A stretch of DNA of 64,000 nt from Tubiluchus corallicola (lineage: Eukaryota; Animalia; Priapulida), in assembly GCA_030141605.1 (NCBI GenBank), contig JAQGDQ010000100.1, forward strand, positions 558,001 through 622,000. The letters are read 5' to 3'. The first letter of the stretch is position 1, and each line of letters begins with the position of its first letter. Of this stretch, positions 1-14,273 are shown one piece after another. A model generated the notes under the pieces. The model was not told the origin of the DNA. It saw nothing but the letters and a program-made list of their open reading frames with translations, and ran no database searches. The position numbers were made by a program, and so were the translations under genes.

Positions 1-1044
1 CTTGGCACAAAACAAAGATGCTACCAATATCCAGATTAACCATGTACGGAAAATTTTCCTGTTTGCCATTCCATTTTGTGGGCCATTCCTGTAACAAACA
101 GAAGAAATTGCACATTTAGAGTAGAATACATAAGTATACATAAGTGCAGCTTGTTACAATCCAAGACGCCGAAGCCATGTAGTGCAATGGGTAACGCGTG
201 AAAAGGGGTCATGGCTCAATGGCAGAATGTTGTACAAATACTAATGCTAACTCTTGCTAAATTGTCACAATAAACCTAAAAGCCTTGCATGTTATCTATT
301 GATATTAGTTATAGTAGTATATTAGTGATATTAGTATATTGACATTACTAATAGTTATACGTAATGTAATTTGCATAAAAATGCCTGGCTTGATTTCGAG
401 TGAACCCTGAACTTCACGAGTACATATTTGCATACAATTTTATTGTATGAGAACTACCTAAGTTGGTAATAGTATTGAAGACCGATATAAAATACAAAAG
501 AAATTACACAAAAGTTTGGACATTTTAAAAACGCAATTTAACTCCCCAAGGCATTACTTAACCCAGAAGACTGGAATGTGCCTGTTAATGGGGCTCTAGA
601 ACAAAACATATTCTTTTGATAATTTTTTGTGTAACTAAGAAAAGAAAGCATATATAAGCATAGCATATATGTATTGTAATATGCACACACGCTGCCATTT
701 AACAAGTTTTCATTGGAAAAAGTGGCACAGATAATAAGTCAATAAATGACTGTCACGTTACAATGAATAGCGGATAGCAATTAATGAATATCAACTAATA
801 ATCACAAACAATGCAGATATAATATACAGACAACCTAGTTGTCGATGTAAATATTTTATCACAAGCAGAAGAGGCCTAATTGATTATATTGCCGCTGCGA
901 ACAAAAACACAATAGCTCCATAATAATGTGCAGTGCAATTTAAACACAGGCAGTCAATGAATGTGCAAAATGCGAACAAAAAGCATAAACCATCCTGTTT
1001 TTGTGGTTACCTCTACGCACTTTGTATACATAGACATCCTGTAT

Positions 1045-1083
<39 letters not shown>

Positions 1084-1422
1084 TGTGATCATACATACCC
1101 ATTGTACCTAGTGATATAGAAAGTCATAAATGTGCTAGTGTAGATATTGAGATGGTAGTTGATGAATACAGTTAATTTGAAAAAGTTTATACCTGGCATT
1201 GCAGTTGAGGAAGGAAGTTAAAATTACACGACTTCAACAAGCTGATGCTAATGCCTAACAGGCACTTGTTAAAAAAATTACCATGAGGTCGAAGACCTGA
1301 AGTTGCCTTCGTGTCAATGCATTTTACAAAGCGATCAGCAGAAAAAAGGTTTGGAAGCAACCGTGCGATTAAATAAATGCTGATAAAGTGTGGTATGTGT
1401 AAAAACTCTACTAACTCGCGCT

Positions 1423-1909
1423 ATGTTACTCTTGATCTTGGCATTAACTTGGATAGCTAGCTTACGAACTGCTGCATTAAAGAAAGACAACTGGAATACA
1501 AGCTTTTCAACCTTGAATGAAAGTGCAAATAAAAAACCGTATGGATGGAATTATGTTTCATTTGCAGGCAATTTCGGTAATGTGAATGAAAAACCCATTC
1601 AGCACATAAGAGCTGCATACGCTATCGAAGATGCACGAATCTGAGCCGAGTATATTCTACCTTTTCTGGAAATGGTATGCAAAGCTTTGAATGTGACGTA
1701 CGAGGTTAAATATTTTAAGCTAACATTGAGCAGCTATATTGACGTAGCGGAATCTGGGAAATTTGATTTGATAGTAAGTCCACTTATTTGGACATCAGAA
1801 CGAACCAAGTCACTGTCTTTTATACCTTCCTGCTGGTCACGTCATGTAACATTTCTCATCAGGACTCCAGAGAAAGACGTTGATGGCTTGTCTCTTGTAG
1901 CACCAACAG
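1423..1909 (+). pseudogene. Divergent ionotropic receptor (IR) first exon: signal peptide plus S1 half of the ligand-binding domain, with a premature stop
   Basis: ORFs 1390-1644 and 1672-1941 are in one frame, split by TGA at 1642-1644. Hydrophobic leader MLLLILALTWIASL, then LEMVCKALNVTYEV...SGKFDLIVSPLIWTSERTKSLSF...VTFLIRTP...LSLVAP, the iGluR/IR S1 pattern with the conserved Arg (T-x-x-R). Ends at donor AG|GTACAT. No downstream exons found on +. Confidence 0.65.
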
Positions 1910-1929
1910 GTACATTACCTTGTACCGAA

Positions 1930-3375
1930 ATCCGTTTGTGAGGCGAATTAAACACGTGTGTGGAATAGATGACTTTCTTGGTTGGGTTCATTGTTTACTG
2001 CTTATGGATGATACTGCTTGCCACGTCTAGAAATGAAGCCATAAAGAAACTTTCTGTGCTTTTACTATTTTGTGAAGAATCAGCAATGGTCATCAATGTA
2101 GAGAAGACAAAAGTTATGGTGGTGAACGGTTCTCTGGCGGACAGAGTGGAACTTCTAGTTAACAATGTGTGTGCTGAATTGCAATGATTACACTTATTTG
2201 GGGGTTGTCTTTACTCAAGATGGATCGCCCGATGCTGCTGTTAGGGAACATTTTAAATCCAAGCAGCCACACGTGATGAAATTTGTCTCTTTTGTAGCCA
2301 AGAACATTGACTTTCCATTTTGGATAAAACGGAATGTGCTAGAATCTGCATTGCTCTCGCCCATACTTTATGGGTGCGAAGCCTGGATATGTGGCAGTGC
2401 CAGTATTGGCGAGGTTCCGTACCGCACTACTGTTAAAGCTCTACTGGGGGTTCGTACTTTTACCACAAACGACGTTTGTTTGCTAGAACTTGGCATGCCC
2501 TCACTTGAAGCGAGGGTAAAAAACGTACAAAAAAAGTTCGTTTCGAAGTTGGTAAGCGAGCGTCACGCTATGACGGATGACCCGTTTATGTTGGTATGGA
2601 ATTTATGTAAAGATACACGAACAAAGGGATACAAATATTTAGACAGTGTTATGTCTACAACGGATCATGTACAGACAGATGTAGAGAGACGAAAGACTCA
2701 TGTCAGAGTTTCTGATCGTACAAAATGCAAGACTTATTTGGAAATAAATCCCAATTTGTCTATGCATCCAATGTATGGGAACACAGAGTTACCTGAGCAC
2801 AAACGAATAATCATCACAAGAATAAGGTCTCATCACACAATCTAGCTATAGAAACAGGTCGTTGGGCAAATGTACCTCGTGAGCGCAGGCTATGTCTTAG
2901 TGGGGAAATTCAGTCAGAAGAGCATTTTTTGTGCGTGTGCCATGAAAATGCACTTTATAGATCACTGTACGCGTTAAATTATAGTAATATTACAAATTTA
3001 CTTGATGGAGAATTAATGTCAATTGGAAATTTGATTTACGACTGTATGCATAGATTTTTGAATTAAATAGTATAGCTTTGTTAGCGGACATATAACCGCA
3101 TCACTGTGATTATCATATAGGTAAAATATTTGTTTATCACATGTGTACAAATTCTTAGTAAATAGTTTTTTTCGCTTCATGGAGTTTACAACTAAATTTG
3201 TATATCTGTGTATATACCTTGTGCAGCTATGTTGAGTCAAATTGTTAGTATGATCTGGAAATCATTACCCGAGCTCTGCCCGCTGATAAAACCATCGGGT
3301 ATGCGTCGAGTTTGTAATTTTCGTGTTGGAAATTTGATTTTCAGAAATAAAATATCTATCTATCTATCTATCTAT
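1930..3375 (+). mobile_element. 5'-truncated, frameshifted non-LTR retrotransposon (LINE) ORF2 3' part
   Basis: RT-like motifs HCLLLMDDT/LLATSR, INVEKTKVMV, YTYLGV, ILYGCEAW; C-terminal LAIETGRW...RRLC...EEHFLCVC; AATAAA plus (TATC)n tail at ~3346-3375; several frameshifts. Confidence 0.85.
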
Positions 3376-4414
3376 AAAGTTGCATCGCAAGGAAGTAGGC
3401 TAGACCAAAAATGATACTTACCTATTTCCCTTTTAATTTCTACAGTTTGCATAGGCGTAGCTTTGGGCACAACCCCAGGATCAGAGCATGCAGTAAAGAA
3501 GAAACTGCACATGGCGCCTAATACTGGAACAGAGATTGAAATTGCCCATGCGTAGTAACAAAATCATTTGGATAAAAACCATTAAAACTATACTTTCTAT
3601 AAATAGTCTTCGGTTCAAAAACACAGTAACTCACAGTTTAAATTTTTAAAGCAAATTTGAAACACTGCCATGGACATTCAGAAGGGAGATGTGACCCTAA
3701 TTTGTTTTCAGAATTGAAATAGCGATATTAATACCTACTACACGTTCGTGTTTGTGAAACAAACACGAATCACAACAATTATGAAAATCACGAGTATGAA
3801 CAGTGATACGCAGATATTTTGACGGGATAACAATGCAACAAACGTTTAGATTTGTAATCGTATTGCAGCAAACATATAGCTACCGTAACCAAATGATTTC
3901 AGCAAATTCTAAAAAGTTACACGGGTCCTAAACTTATTCTACTTGTTGCCTAACCTGCTAACAATTTATGACATTGTTAATAATTAGTCTCTAATACTTA
4001 CTCTGAGTAAAATAACAATCCACTGTTTATAATGAGAGGCAGCAAAGTAAAATAGAAGATCCTTAGAGATTTTGCAGTCATTAATCTTCCACTACATCAG
4101 AAATTATTCCTTCCAGAAAATTCTTCCCATTTTCGCTTTATTCTGACACGTCATCGTTTGAGTTATTCATTATAGGTGGCTTTCATGCAAAAATGTTTCC
4201 TATGGAACATTTCTAATTCTGAAAGATAGGCATGTGCAAACTTCACCTTGGAGAGTATGTAAAGATCATAACATTCGGTGGCAGAGTGTAGCCAGTGTTA
4301 TGTTCTTGCACGACTAAATACAGGTGCGCGGTAAGGACTTTGTGAAGACAGGTTGGTATAGAGTAACAAAATGTTAATCCGTTCGCCGGTTCTTTTTTCG
4401 TAAAACTTGACCGA

Positions 4415-5345
4415 ACAGGAAAATATGGCGCAGGAAAAAATGGCAAAAAGGAAAAGTAGGTAAAAATGGCACAAATGGAAAAGTAGGGAAAATGGCACAT
4501 GTGTTATTTTGATGTAACTACTTTCTATAATAAAACTAGAATGCGCTCAGTAGGAAGCAGATCTCTGCCAAAGCCAAACAATCCTAATTTTATTCGTCTG
4601 ATTCTTTTGATTCAAAAAATTTTAACAAAAATATAAACAAGCAAACATACAAAAATGTAGTGGTATTATATAGGCTAGCAAAAATATTTGTTCATTAAAT
4701 GGATTTATAATCAATAATGCACGAATATTCCACATAGTGTTTATCTACATTTTCACCATTAATTTTGGTGGTAATAGATTGGCAAAAATAGACTGCCAAG
4801 TCACCTTATAGGGCTATAAACATTAATTAGCAAAGGTTATAGACAGCGTTACACAGTTTAACAACCGAGATTTTCTCGAAATGGAACTAACTCATAGTTG
4901 TGTGTCCTGGTGGAGACAATAAAAAGTACTAAATACTCCCGCTGAGACCTCCATGAAGTGTTTCACGAACGGTTTTTGTACGTGGTGTTCGGTCAAGCTT
5001 TGCGAAAAAAGAACCGGCGAAGGGATTCTCAGTTTAGCACTCCTAACTCACCTGTCTTCACAACGTTTCTTGGAAATCTGTTAGGAAGTTTTTGCGTAAT
5101 AGGCTCTCTTACTAATAGACAAGCAGGCAAACAAACAAACAAACAAACAAACAAATTGTGTTGAAGCATAACTTTCTTGGCAAAGGTAAAAATAACTAAA
5201 ATAATTAGACCCCAGTACAGCCCTAACCCTAAGCGCATATATTACTAAATGTGTCATTTTTAGCTGTGCCATTTTACTTTTCCATTTTTTCGTCTGCCAT
5301 TTTTTCCTGTGCCATTTTTACCTGTGCCATTTTCACCTACATTCC
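4415..5345. mobile_element. Foldback/MITE-like element with ~15-bp subterminal repeats (AGGTAAAAATGGCAC-like) in inverted orientation; possible nested insertion ~4536-5190
   Basis: aaaatggc(a/g)c-type units at 4415-4500 are mirrored by gtgccatttt units at 5250-5340. Confidence 0.55.
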
Positions 5346-6562
5346 TAAACACATCTCATGAATGGAATATAACCACAACCAAAATTTTATAATAGAAAAA
5401 CGTTATCATTTATTCTGATAGTTATAAATAATTAATATAATTAGGAAACGTTTTATTTCTTCAGTTTAATTTAGTTTACCTGAATTTATGTCACAAAGCA
5501 AACAAACACAAAGTATCAAAAATCCATTTACCATAATCTAAAATCGACGGCTTGACTTACGTGGCCAAAAGCAAAAATATAGAGGCTAAAATAATCTTAT
5601 AATATTTACAAATTTTGAAATTCACCACTAAACTACAAAGTAATAGATTAAACATGTTTAGCAAGTTATCTCTAATAGAAGTATACAGGTAACAGCGGTC
5701 ATTTACGGTTACTAAGTGTTAGTTTAACATGCATTTTAAAAATCGAAAGTGAGAACACTCAGGTCAGAGACAATGAGTCACATTGGTGCCCAAAGTGTTT
5801 TAGTGTGTTACAAAAAAAAAACAGTTTGCCTAATGACTTTGATACGATCTGTAAGAAATTACAATAATAGATTTCAAGTTCATCTAAGAGTTTGACATGA
5901 CTAACACTATCAAACGCTTAGGAAAATCAGTGCATATGATATCTGTATACTTTCATTATTATCCGCAAATAAACGGAAAATTTACAGAAGGTTTCGTCCA
6001 ATTGGTTTCATCGAACAGTATCGAACTTATAACAATTATAAAAACAAAAATAAGAACAAATTTGGATAGTTACCTACGACAAAGAGGTCATGTTTTAATC
6101 GCCTTTGGTTTGTTTTTGTTTGTTAGTTAAATTTGCTTATTATCAGAATTATGTAAACAGCACTTCACCCGATTTTCACCGAAACTTTCTGGAGGGACTG
6201 AGCATGGGACAAAGAAGAACGCTTTCAGTTTGGCAGCGGTCGATTAAGAATTGCGAAAGAAAAAGGAAATCAATTTTATTGATTAACTATTACAGGCTTG
6301 CATTTTGAAAATTCTATGTGGTGCCACAACAAGGCGCTGCAGAAAACTAGAAAAAGCAAGCGCGAACGTTATTAATGAGACGACGTCAGAGCAATTGGTG
6401 ATATCTTAAACTAAAGGGCCGTGCAGTTTACATGGATTTAAATGGCAGTTTATTAAAAGTATAGTTCTATTAATACCATGCATTTCGCAGGCTTTGGTTG
6501 TTAGCAGACATGGTTGTTGCAGCACTTGAAAAAAGCAGATCACGTGAAATGTCGCAAGAATT

Positions 6563-6713
6563 AGATCACTAGATTTTGACGTTGATAAGCCAGAATTAAC
6601 GAGTCGTTCTTATTGTTTAGCTTCAACAACATGCCTACAACGGTTACTGAGTTGAAGCTAGAACTTCGCATTTATTCTGACTAATTAATTTACTGTCAAA
6701 ATCCAGTGATCTA
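6563..6713. repeat. Short nested inverted repeat (MITE-like)
   Basis: tagatcactagattttgac pairs with gtcaaaatccagtgatcta; inner tagcttcaac pairs with gttgaagcta. Confidence 0.5.
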
Positions 6714-7081
6714 TTGTTGAGTAATTAAGCTACTAATCTGGTTAACAAATTAATTAATTGTTGTACAAAATTTCCATGTGTTACATCAACAAAATACAAT
6801 TTTTAATTCGTAAAAACTGAGAAAGGCTCTGTCAGACCATATAGCTTATAAAGTGTACAGACCTTGCTGAGATGTTAAGGTGAAACAACAACTCATGATT
6901 TCTCTCCTGGTTGTGTTTTTCTTCTTATTTTGTATTGCTGATCTTGTTTCTAGTTTTTTTTAGTATAGTTGCTTCTTCAAGTACTTAAAACGTTTATGGA
7001 TAGTACTAACCCAATTTTGGCTTTAATACAAAATTTGAAAATTGTTTCTATTCATCATTGAACAATTCTGAATTATACTAC

Positions 7082-9195
7082 CTAAAATATTAATTCCTTT
7101 ATATGGATATCCTCCTATGCTGAATGGGTGTGAATGATCTGCAGTAACAAAAACGAGAGTATCATCCTGATTTGTCACGTCTAAAGCTGTGTTCACTGCT
7201 TGTTCCATGGCTATTACGCCGTGTATCGCGTGTTTTGCCAACACTTCGTGATGTGCCATATCCACATTGCTGCCTAATTAATTAAATTAACAATTAATAG
7301 CTGTCAAATAAACCCAAAGACTAGAGTTTTGGTTCGCGATTTACATTGGTAATTTATTAGTCTCACCTTTTCAATCCAATCCTAAATTTATTTCAGATTG
7401 GTCCTCTATAAGTGTAAGTATGTATACATCTAATTATTCAGAAGCAAGCAAACCGAAAAATAGAAATTTGAAATATGAACTAGTTAGGTAGCACGTCCAG
7501 CAATTTTGTTTTTTGTTATTTTATTGTGTCTACAACAGCGATGCAGTCAAGCAGGATTGACCACTTAGGTCGCATTTTTGGAACGCACAGTTCTACCATG
7601 AAGATCTAGACGACACTGAAGTAACTACAACACAGTCTCTGTAATTTGCGTGGTACCCATGCAGCCACTGCACGTGTTTGCAGTTTCGCAAGGACTGCAT
7701 AACTTCCTTCCTTAATTATCGTAAAACGTTAGTTTAAAACTTTTGAAATATTACCATAACAATTTTACGAGAATTCCGTTTTTGGACTATATGAGTTACT
7801 GTAATAATCGGAATTTGTTTTTATTTTCAAGTTCAAGTTCAAGTTTATTTTACTTCGACGCAAACAGATAATTATTACATAAGCATAACAAATACATATT
7901 TTGAACAAGATTATTGTCAAAGACTAAAATTTTATAATAATTTTAAATCTTATTCACAACACGCCAATATGTAGCAAATCACTCTGAAAGCAGAGCTTGT
8001 TAGAGTAATATTTTGCGTGCCTTACTTTTGACAAACAGGAAATAGCCTTTTTGTTCTTTCTCAGGATCCGGATTTTCTTTTCTACCATTTCTGCAAGCCT
8101 TGGTTCTCCGTAATTTCCAGAATCTTTTTCTAATTCCCACCGCATATGGCTTGCCTCAAATGGACCTATATGTTGAAATGAGTATAATAGAATATGTAAT
8201 ATCATCTAACCCATTTTACCAAGTTTAAATAAATTTATTACGTACCTAACAAATAATCAGTTTTTTCTGGCATAATTGTATTAAATCCGCTGGTATACCA
8301 AACGTACACTTTTCCTTTCTTGGACTGTTTCCTTTTCCATTCAGCAATAAGATTCCGGCTATCTTTTCGCTTGCCGTTTTTTTCTGGATATTCAGGATCA
8401 GCTGTAGTGTTCGGTAAAAATGATTGTCTTCCACCTCCCATTATTACCTGTGTGAATGTAAAACTTTCAGAAAATCTGTTTTCTTCTAAATTTTGCAGCT
8501 GTTAGTCAAGATCAAGTTGCGTTTCTTTCACTTTTTACCTTAATGTCTGTTCCAGGGAACCTTAATGTCTTCCAGCAACTGACGTGCAATATCCTTACAT
8601 GCTGTTGCATTAGGAGGTTTTGTTACAGCTGTTGTTACAGAAATGGTTTTAATGGGTTTTCAGGATTTTTAATCTCCAGAACAAATAATTCAATATTTTC
8701 AATCAAAGGTGACAAGACTTTATCTTGAAACGATTATTTTTTTGGAGATCAAAAATGATGACGTTTGCATCATGCAAAAGAATTTGTAATTTGTTAATTA
8801 GGATCACTTACAGGTAATTGGCAGTCCAGGTCAGCACCTTTGGATGAGCCGCAGTCAGCAAAGGTGGCGCTACTGTCTACTCCAATTGTCTCGTAATTTG
8901 CCTTTACCCCACAGTGGTAAGCTGTTGCTAAAGCAGCAGAATCAGTCACCATTCTATCTGCACTGTAAGTCAGTTGGTGTTTAAAAAAGGAGAGAAATCC
9001 TTTTAAGGCATTTTATTTTTACAGATAACTTTTGTTCAATTTTTTAAAATACTGTAACCGTGAAAAACACAATTTAAGACTGTTTGCAGACAAGCATAAC
9101 AGATTTTTTTAGATTTGAATTCTCATTTCAGATTGTAGATTATGACATTTTAGGTTTTAAGTGCACCAGCCTGTTGGGAAGTTCTAAATATGTAC

Positions 9196-9250
<55 letters not shown>

Positions 9251-10950
9251 TACTACAATATATATATATATATATATATAGACAGCGACCGCACGCAGAA
9301 AATTGATGCTAAAACACCTAACCTACTCTTTTAAGACATAAGAAGTTGGAGCTTTCTATTAAATACCGAAATTGGTGTGCTTAGCGTTGGAAAATTTTTG
9401 GTCATGGCCAACGTCCACCTGTTTCTTGAAAAGCAGTTAATTGATTTGGTGCCCATATGTAAAACTTTTGATGTCTTGGGGTTGACTGGTCTTGCTGGCG
9501 TGGCTTGCAATTTCTTTTCGAAAATATTCATACAATCTCCATAGTGGCCGTGGTATTTAAGTTCCAGAAGGCGCCGTAGTACACCTAGTATGCTAATAGT
9601 GTTACAAGGAGAATCAGGATGGTCCTAGGAACACAAAGTACCTGTAAAGTAACCTGAATGCCTTAGAATCTATAATGCTAGTTTGCGCAATAATGCTTTT
9701 TGAACTTGACCATATGCCTTGTAATGTTCAGTCTCAAAAGCTCGTTCGCTCGACATAATTCGGTTTTATAACGTCTTCACAGCAGTATAATTGTGGATGC
9801 GCCCAAGTAAAATGTCCAAAAGAAAGATCTTACTCCGGCACTACCTGGTGTATTAAACCTGAAATTAGTATAGTCAGTGTAAAGATGTGTTCCGGCAATA
9901 GAGAGAAGCAAACAATAGAAAAATAATTAACAGATAAAAGGTGAAAATAGGAACTTACAGCAGCTAAGTGAAAATATGACATGCTTCGAATAATCCGCCT
10001 AATTGATTTCTGATCTATAGCAAAAATAGCAGATTTTTGTATTAATTTACAAGATAAAGATAACTTAGTCTAAATTAACAAAACTTACAATTTGACGATC
10101 AAAATAGTATCCTGGATAATAAAAACAGTAATTAATAGATTCACCAAAACTACGACAGTAAGAAAACGCTATAATCCCTGTATACGCGTACGTATGAACA
10201 GAAAAAAACAGGTCATGAAAGTTATGTGAGTATACCTAAAGTTGGCTTCTGATATCTGATTGGTTGTAATGTATAACAAAGTTAAAAAAGTTTGAACTAA
10301 AAAAATTTCGCAAACGTTAACTAGGTTCTGCCAGCACCCACAGCAATAGAACAATAAAATATGTTCCAGATGATGATGCATCGGGGCTAATTAATGAAAA
10401 GTCCCATGATATGATCATAAGAAAATCACAAAAATATTGCAAAAAGTAGTACTATAATAGTTCTAGTAATATGCACTTTGTTTTGGATTTCATATATACG
10501 TTTTAGATTTCAGTGTTCAAAGTGTACATTGAATAAATAAATACTTTAATAACAGCAAACTATAAAATCAGGTTAAAAATCATTTCCAAAAAGTGGCCAT
10601 TGTTTGCTGCAACTATAAATTGTCTTGTCTAGGTTTTCTTAGGAATTTGTACAGATAATTCTAGTTTTAGTATTCCTGTATTCCTATAAATAGGTAAACG
10701 AGATATAAATCTCAAGGTTAATTAAATTATTTTACTACGTATTCAAGGGGAGAAAAAGTATTTTATACCTTTACTAGTGCTGAATACGGAAACTTATCCC
10801 AACTAAGCTCTTCTTCCAGGCCAAGAGTTTCCTTTTAGCTGTCTTTTTCGAATTCTTCCTGCAGTGGAGCTGCTAATTCCCATTCAATCGCCAATGAAGA
10901 AGATAACGTTTTTGGCAATATTTGTGTTCGGTTTCATATTCATTGTGTTA
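7082..10950 (-). pseudogene. Alkaline phosphatase (tissue-nonspecific type) multi-exon pseudogene
   Basis: Minus-strand exons: AKNVIFFIGD*MG (TGA at 10884-10886 in the GDGMG motif) ...DKFPYSALVK; TYSADRMVTDSAALATAYHCGVKAN (8811-8970); CKDIARQL; VIMGGGR...DYLLG (8245-8447); FEASHM...EPRLAEMV (8025-8166); DMAHH...TLVFVTADHSHPFSIGGYP (7082-7273). Stops and frameshifts present; terminal exons not found. Confidence 0.85.
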
Positions 10951-11569
10951 CCCAGGTAGTTCCTTGCCGAAATGCGGTACTGGTAATTTATATCTATTTT
11001 CAAATAATACGTTTTGAAGCTATCTCCAAAAAATTGCATCGAAGTCTTCTGAAGATAATTAATGACTGCATTATAAAAATCACGAATGCCTAAACAAATG
11101 AATAAAAACGGACTGATGAATAGAAACTACATTTGAGTGAGTTTTAGTTTGTCATTTAACTGTCTGGAGCAAACGATTTAGCAGTAAACATTGCAATTGA
11201 CTACCTAAGAGTCTGGGGCTAAATCATGCAGAAAACAAACAACGGCAGTAAATCAAGCAATCGGCCACTTATTAGACAATTTAGACTGGGGCTAAATGAG
11301 TCAATAGTAAATCAAGTAATTTGCTATCTGACAGTCTGTAGTTAAACCATGAATGTAGACAACCAGATTTGACAAAACTTTGCACAGAAAGTACCTACAG
11401 AAATAGAGGAAACAAAACCAATGCTTTAGGTCGCCTTGCTATCCTCTTTTTCTTTTATTTTTACTAATATTTATTATTGAACATAGACATATATCACTAT
11501 CTTTGCAATGGCTGGATGTGGCTAGTGTACATTTTGTAAATTGTTGGCCAAAAATAAATTTTAATTCAA

Positions 11570-12480
11570 TTCAGTTTCTTACGGTTATCGCAAGGTATGA
11601 AGAGCTCACGAAAGAAGCTAGAATGGAAGCACTGATGTGCTTGGATCCTGCACGTATTTGTTCATTTCTTGTAAAGATAATAGTTTCTTTAAGAAAATCA
11701 CAAGAAACGTTTACAGATGCAATAGAACCCGTTTTTTCGTAAAAATTTAGAATGTGCAAAGTTGGGGCAGATCCATTTATACGTTAGAATGAAAAAACTC
11801 CAATAGGGCCGATCTATTAACGGGCGCGATCTGTTTAACGAACACATTTCAGGGTCGCACTGGGAAAGTGAAAGATTGGTCTGCAAAGAGCATAAATAAC
11901 AACAAAGCCAATCGCGCAGTTAGTGCCGGATCAAAAACCATTCGGAGCAATCTGGTTCCATCAATAAAAAATTTGAAATTCATTCTCTTCGTAGACGCTT
12001 TGAAATATTCGTTAGCTGCTTCGTTCTTAAAATGCTCGAAAAAGTATGCAGCTGCGCCATATAGTTAATTCTAATTGACAAATCGTTTGATTTATGGCCG
12101 TTAAAATAGTTAGTTTGAGCTTATAAAAAATCTCCAATTATTCATTTATTATAATTTTATCTATTTAGCATAATTTTTAACCGAGTTGAAAATGTGCATT
12201 TTATAGTGATATTAACTTTGCTTGTTTTTTGGTAATTTCTTTCTGAAGAAAATGCGAATTATTATCTTACCTGTACTCGTTACAGCAACTACCATTAAGA
12301 AGCTTATCGATATCTTTAACAGTGGCATTTTTACTAAACTGTGAACAGTAGAAGAAATCTTAGAGGCAGCCTGACTGGACCGCGCCTGAGAGAACAGCCT
12401 GTACAATGCCAAAAACTTATTGCATTAGTGCCATGCTTGCACCGTTTTTAGACTCTAGGAATAACTCAGATGTTCTAAGA
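11570..12480 (-). pseudogene. Possible degenerate divergent-IR fragments (M2/M3 and S2-like)
   Basis: FLEHLS...FLALYRLFSQA...KISS...FLMVVAVTST|GTAAG, then YGAAAYFFEHF...LNFYEKTG...SCDF. Only a loose resemblance, with many stops. Confidence 0.3.
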
Positions 12481-14273
12481 AGATTCCATATATAATATTA
12501 ATCATGCGTTAACATAAAATAATAAACATTCTGCCATCTGCGAATAGTTTGCAATGGTCCTAGTCACGGTTATCTTGTAACAGAGTAGCTATGATAAGAG
12601 TAACTTTGTATAGCAAAATTGTAGCTTATTCGCTTCTGTCTCCTAGTTTGTGAATTGGAATTGTTTTGTTAATGTTTAAATTGATTTCTGTTGGTTACCT
12701 CTGCCACTGAGATTCAAATTTTTTAAAACGTCTTTTTTCATGCACATTTTTCTATAGCAAATTTATTGTAATATTTGTTGCGCGAAAATATGCAGGATAC
12801 TTATTAGGCCTGGACTTGCACAGTGCACTTTGAAAAGTAGAATTTTATTTATCTATTGATTTAAAAATTCACCACTAAGGGGAAAAGTGCAATAAAAGCC
12901 TGCGGCGAAACTTTTCACCTAGTTCTGAGATCTGACAGCTTGTGAAGTATCTTACTCTTAACAAAATTATGAGTTTAATCAACATGCATTAATGTTATTG
13001 TCAAAGTAGGTTTACATACAATTTAAACTGATTAGTAACAGTAGCTTAGCAGGGTCTGCTAAGGTGGAATTAAGCTACTGCTTTAAAAGTTAAAGCCCCA
13101 GGAAGCATTCTCGACATATGAAAAGAACATACTCTTGAAATCTCCCTAAAAGCGAAGGAGTCTTAAAGCTTCTTGGACATCCATGACTAGTCTTAGAGTT
13201 AGACAACACACGGTACCGTTACAAGATATGTTTGCACTCAAATTGTGAAAGATTTGAAAAAATTAGGGACCACGCAGAAGGCGCATTGTCTGATGCTTTT
13301 TAATGCCGTAAAATTTAGAAAAATGTGTCGGTGGGCGTAGCATCTTAGCGTCTAGTTTCGCTAAGAAAGTTATTGTTCTCTTACCTAATTGCTAACCGAG
13401 CAGAAACAAGGGAAAGACTTGATCAATCCTACAAACTATTGAAGCCGGTAAAAGAGAATAATTTTTGAAGGTTTATTTAACACTGTAAAATTCGTTTACA
13501 GAAGTGCGAGGACTTTCAAAGAAAACGGTATTAACTTTTCTCTCTTACTGCGTCTTTAACCTACAGCTTCTGAAAATCTGCTAATAACAAGCTGGAACTT
13601 TGGAGGCTTTTTGCCGCCTTTTTTGATTGAACGGTTCTTACCTATCTCTTACTGAAATTAGATACAGCTCAACAATTTCGTTTGAAATCCGAATTATTTT
13701 CACGGTACCAAGTTACCATTAGAGTAAATTTATTACTTGATGAGGGAAACAATAATCGCCCAATTAATATTGATCTCCTTTGTTCTAATGACGACGTTTC
13801 AACAACATCTATTGCTGTTTTCAAGGTCAACTGTAACAAACAAAGACAATACACATACACAAGCTTTATACAAACCGGATGTAAATAAATTTACAACAAA
13901 CTCACCATGCAGTTTATCACTTGGTTTTCAAAAATGACTGCATAATTTTATAACAAGTAACTTAAGCTGAAAATTAACATAATAAACAGTAACACTAAGG
14001 CAATGGTTCGTATATCATGATTTACCACAACGTTTAGAGACTTTCGTCATAACTTTACATTTGGCCATTATTTAGCTTTAAAAACTTTATTTTTGTATGT
14101 CACTGTCCTTTGAGAGCCTTTGTTTTCTTGCTTGTTATTTCTGATAAACTAAATTTAATTCTGATATGATGCTAGATAGAAATAGCAAATTGCTGTTGCA
14201 GCGTTGCTTAGCTTCCTTCCTCCAGTCGTTTCCTTCCTCTCTTCGATCCATTCTTTCTTTCTTTCTTTTTTCT

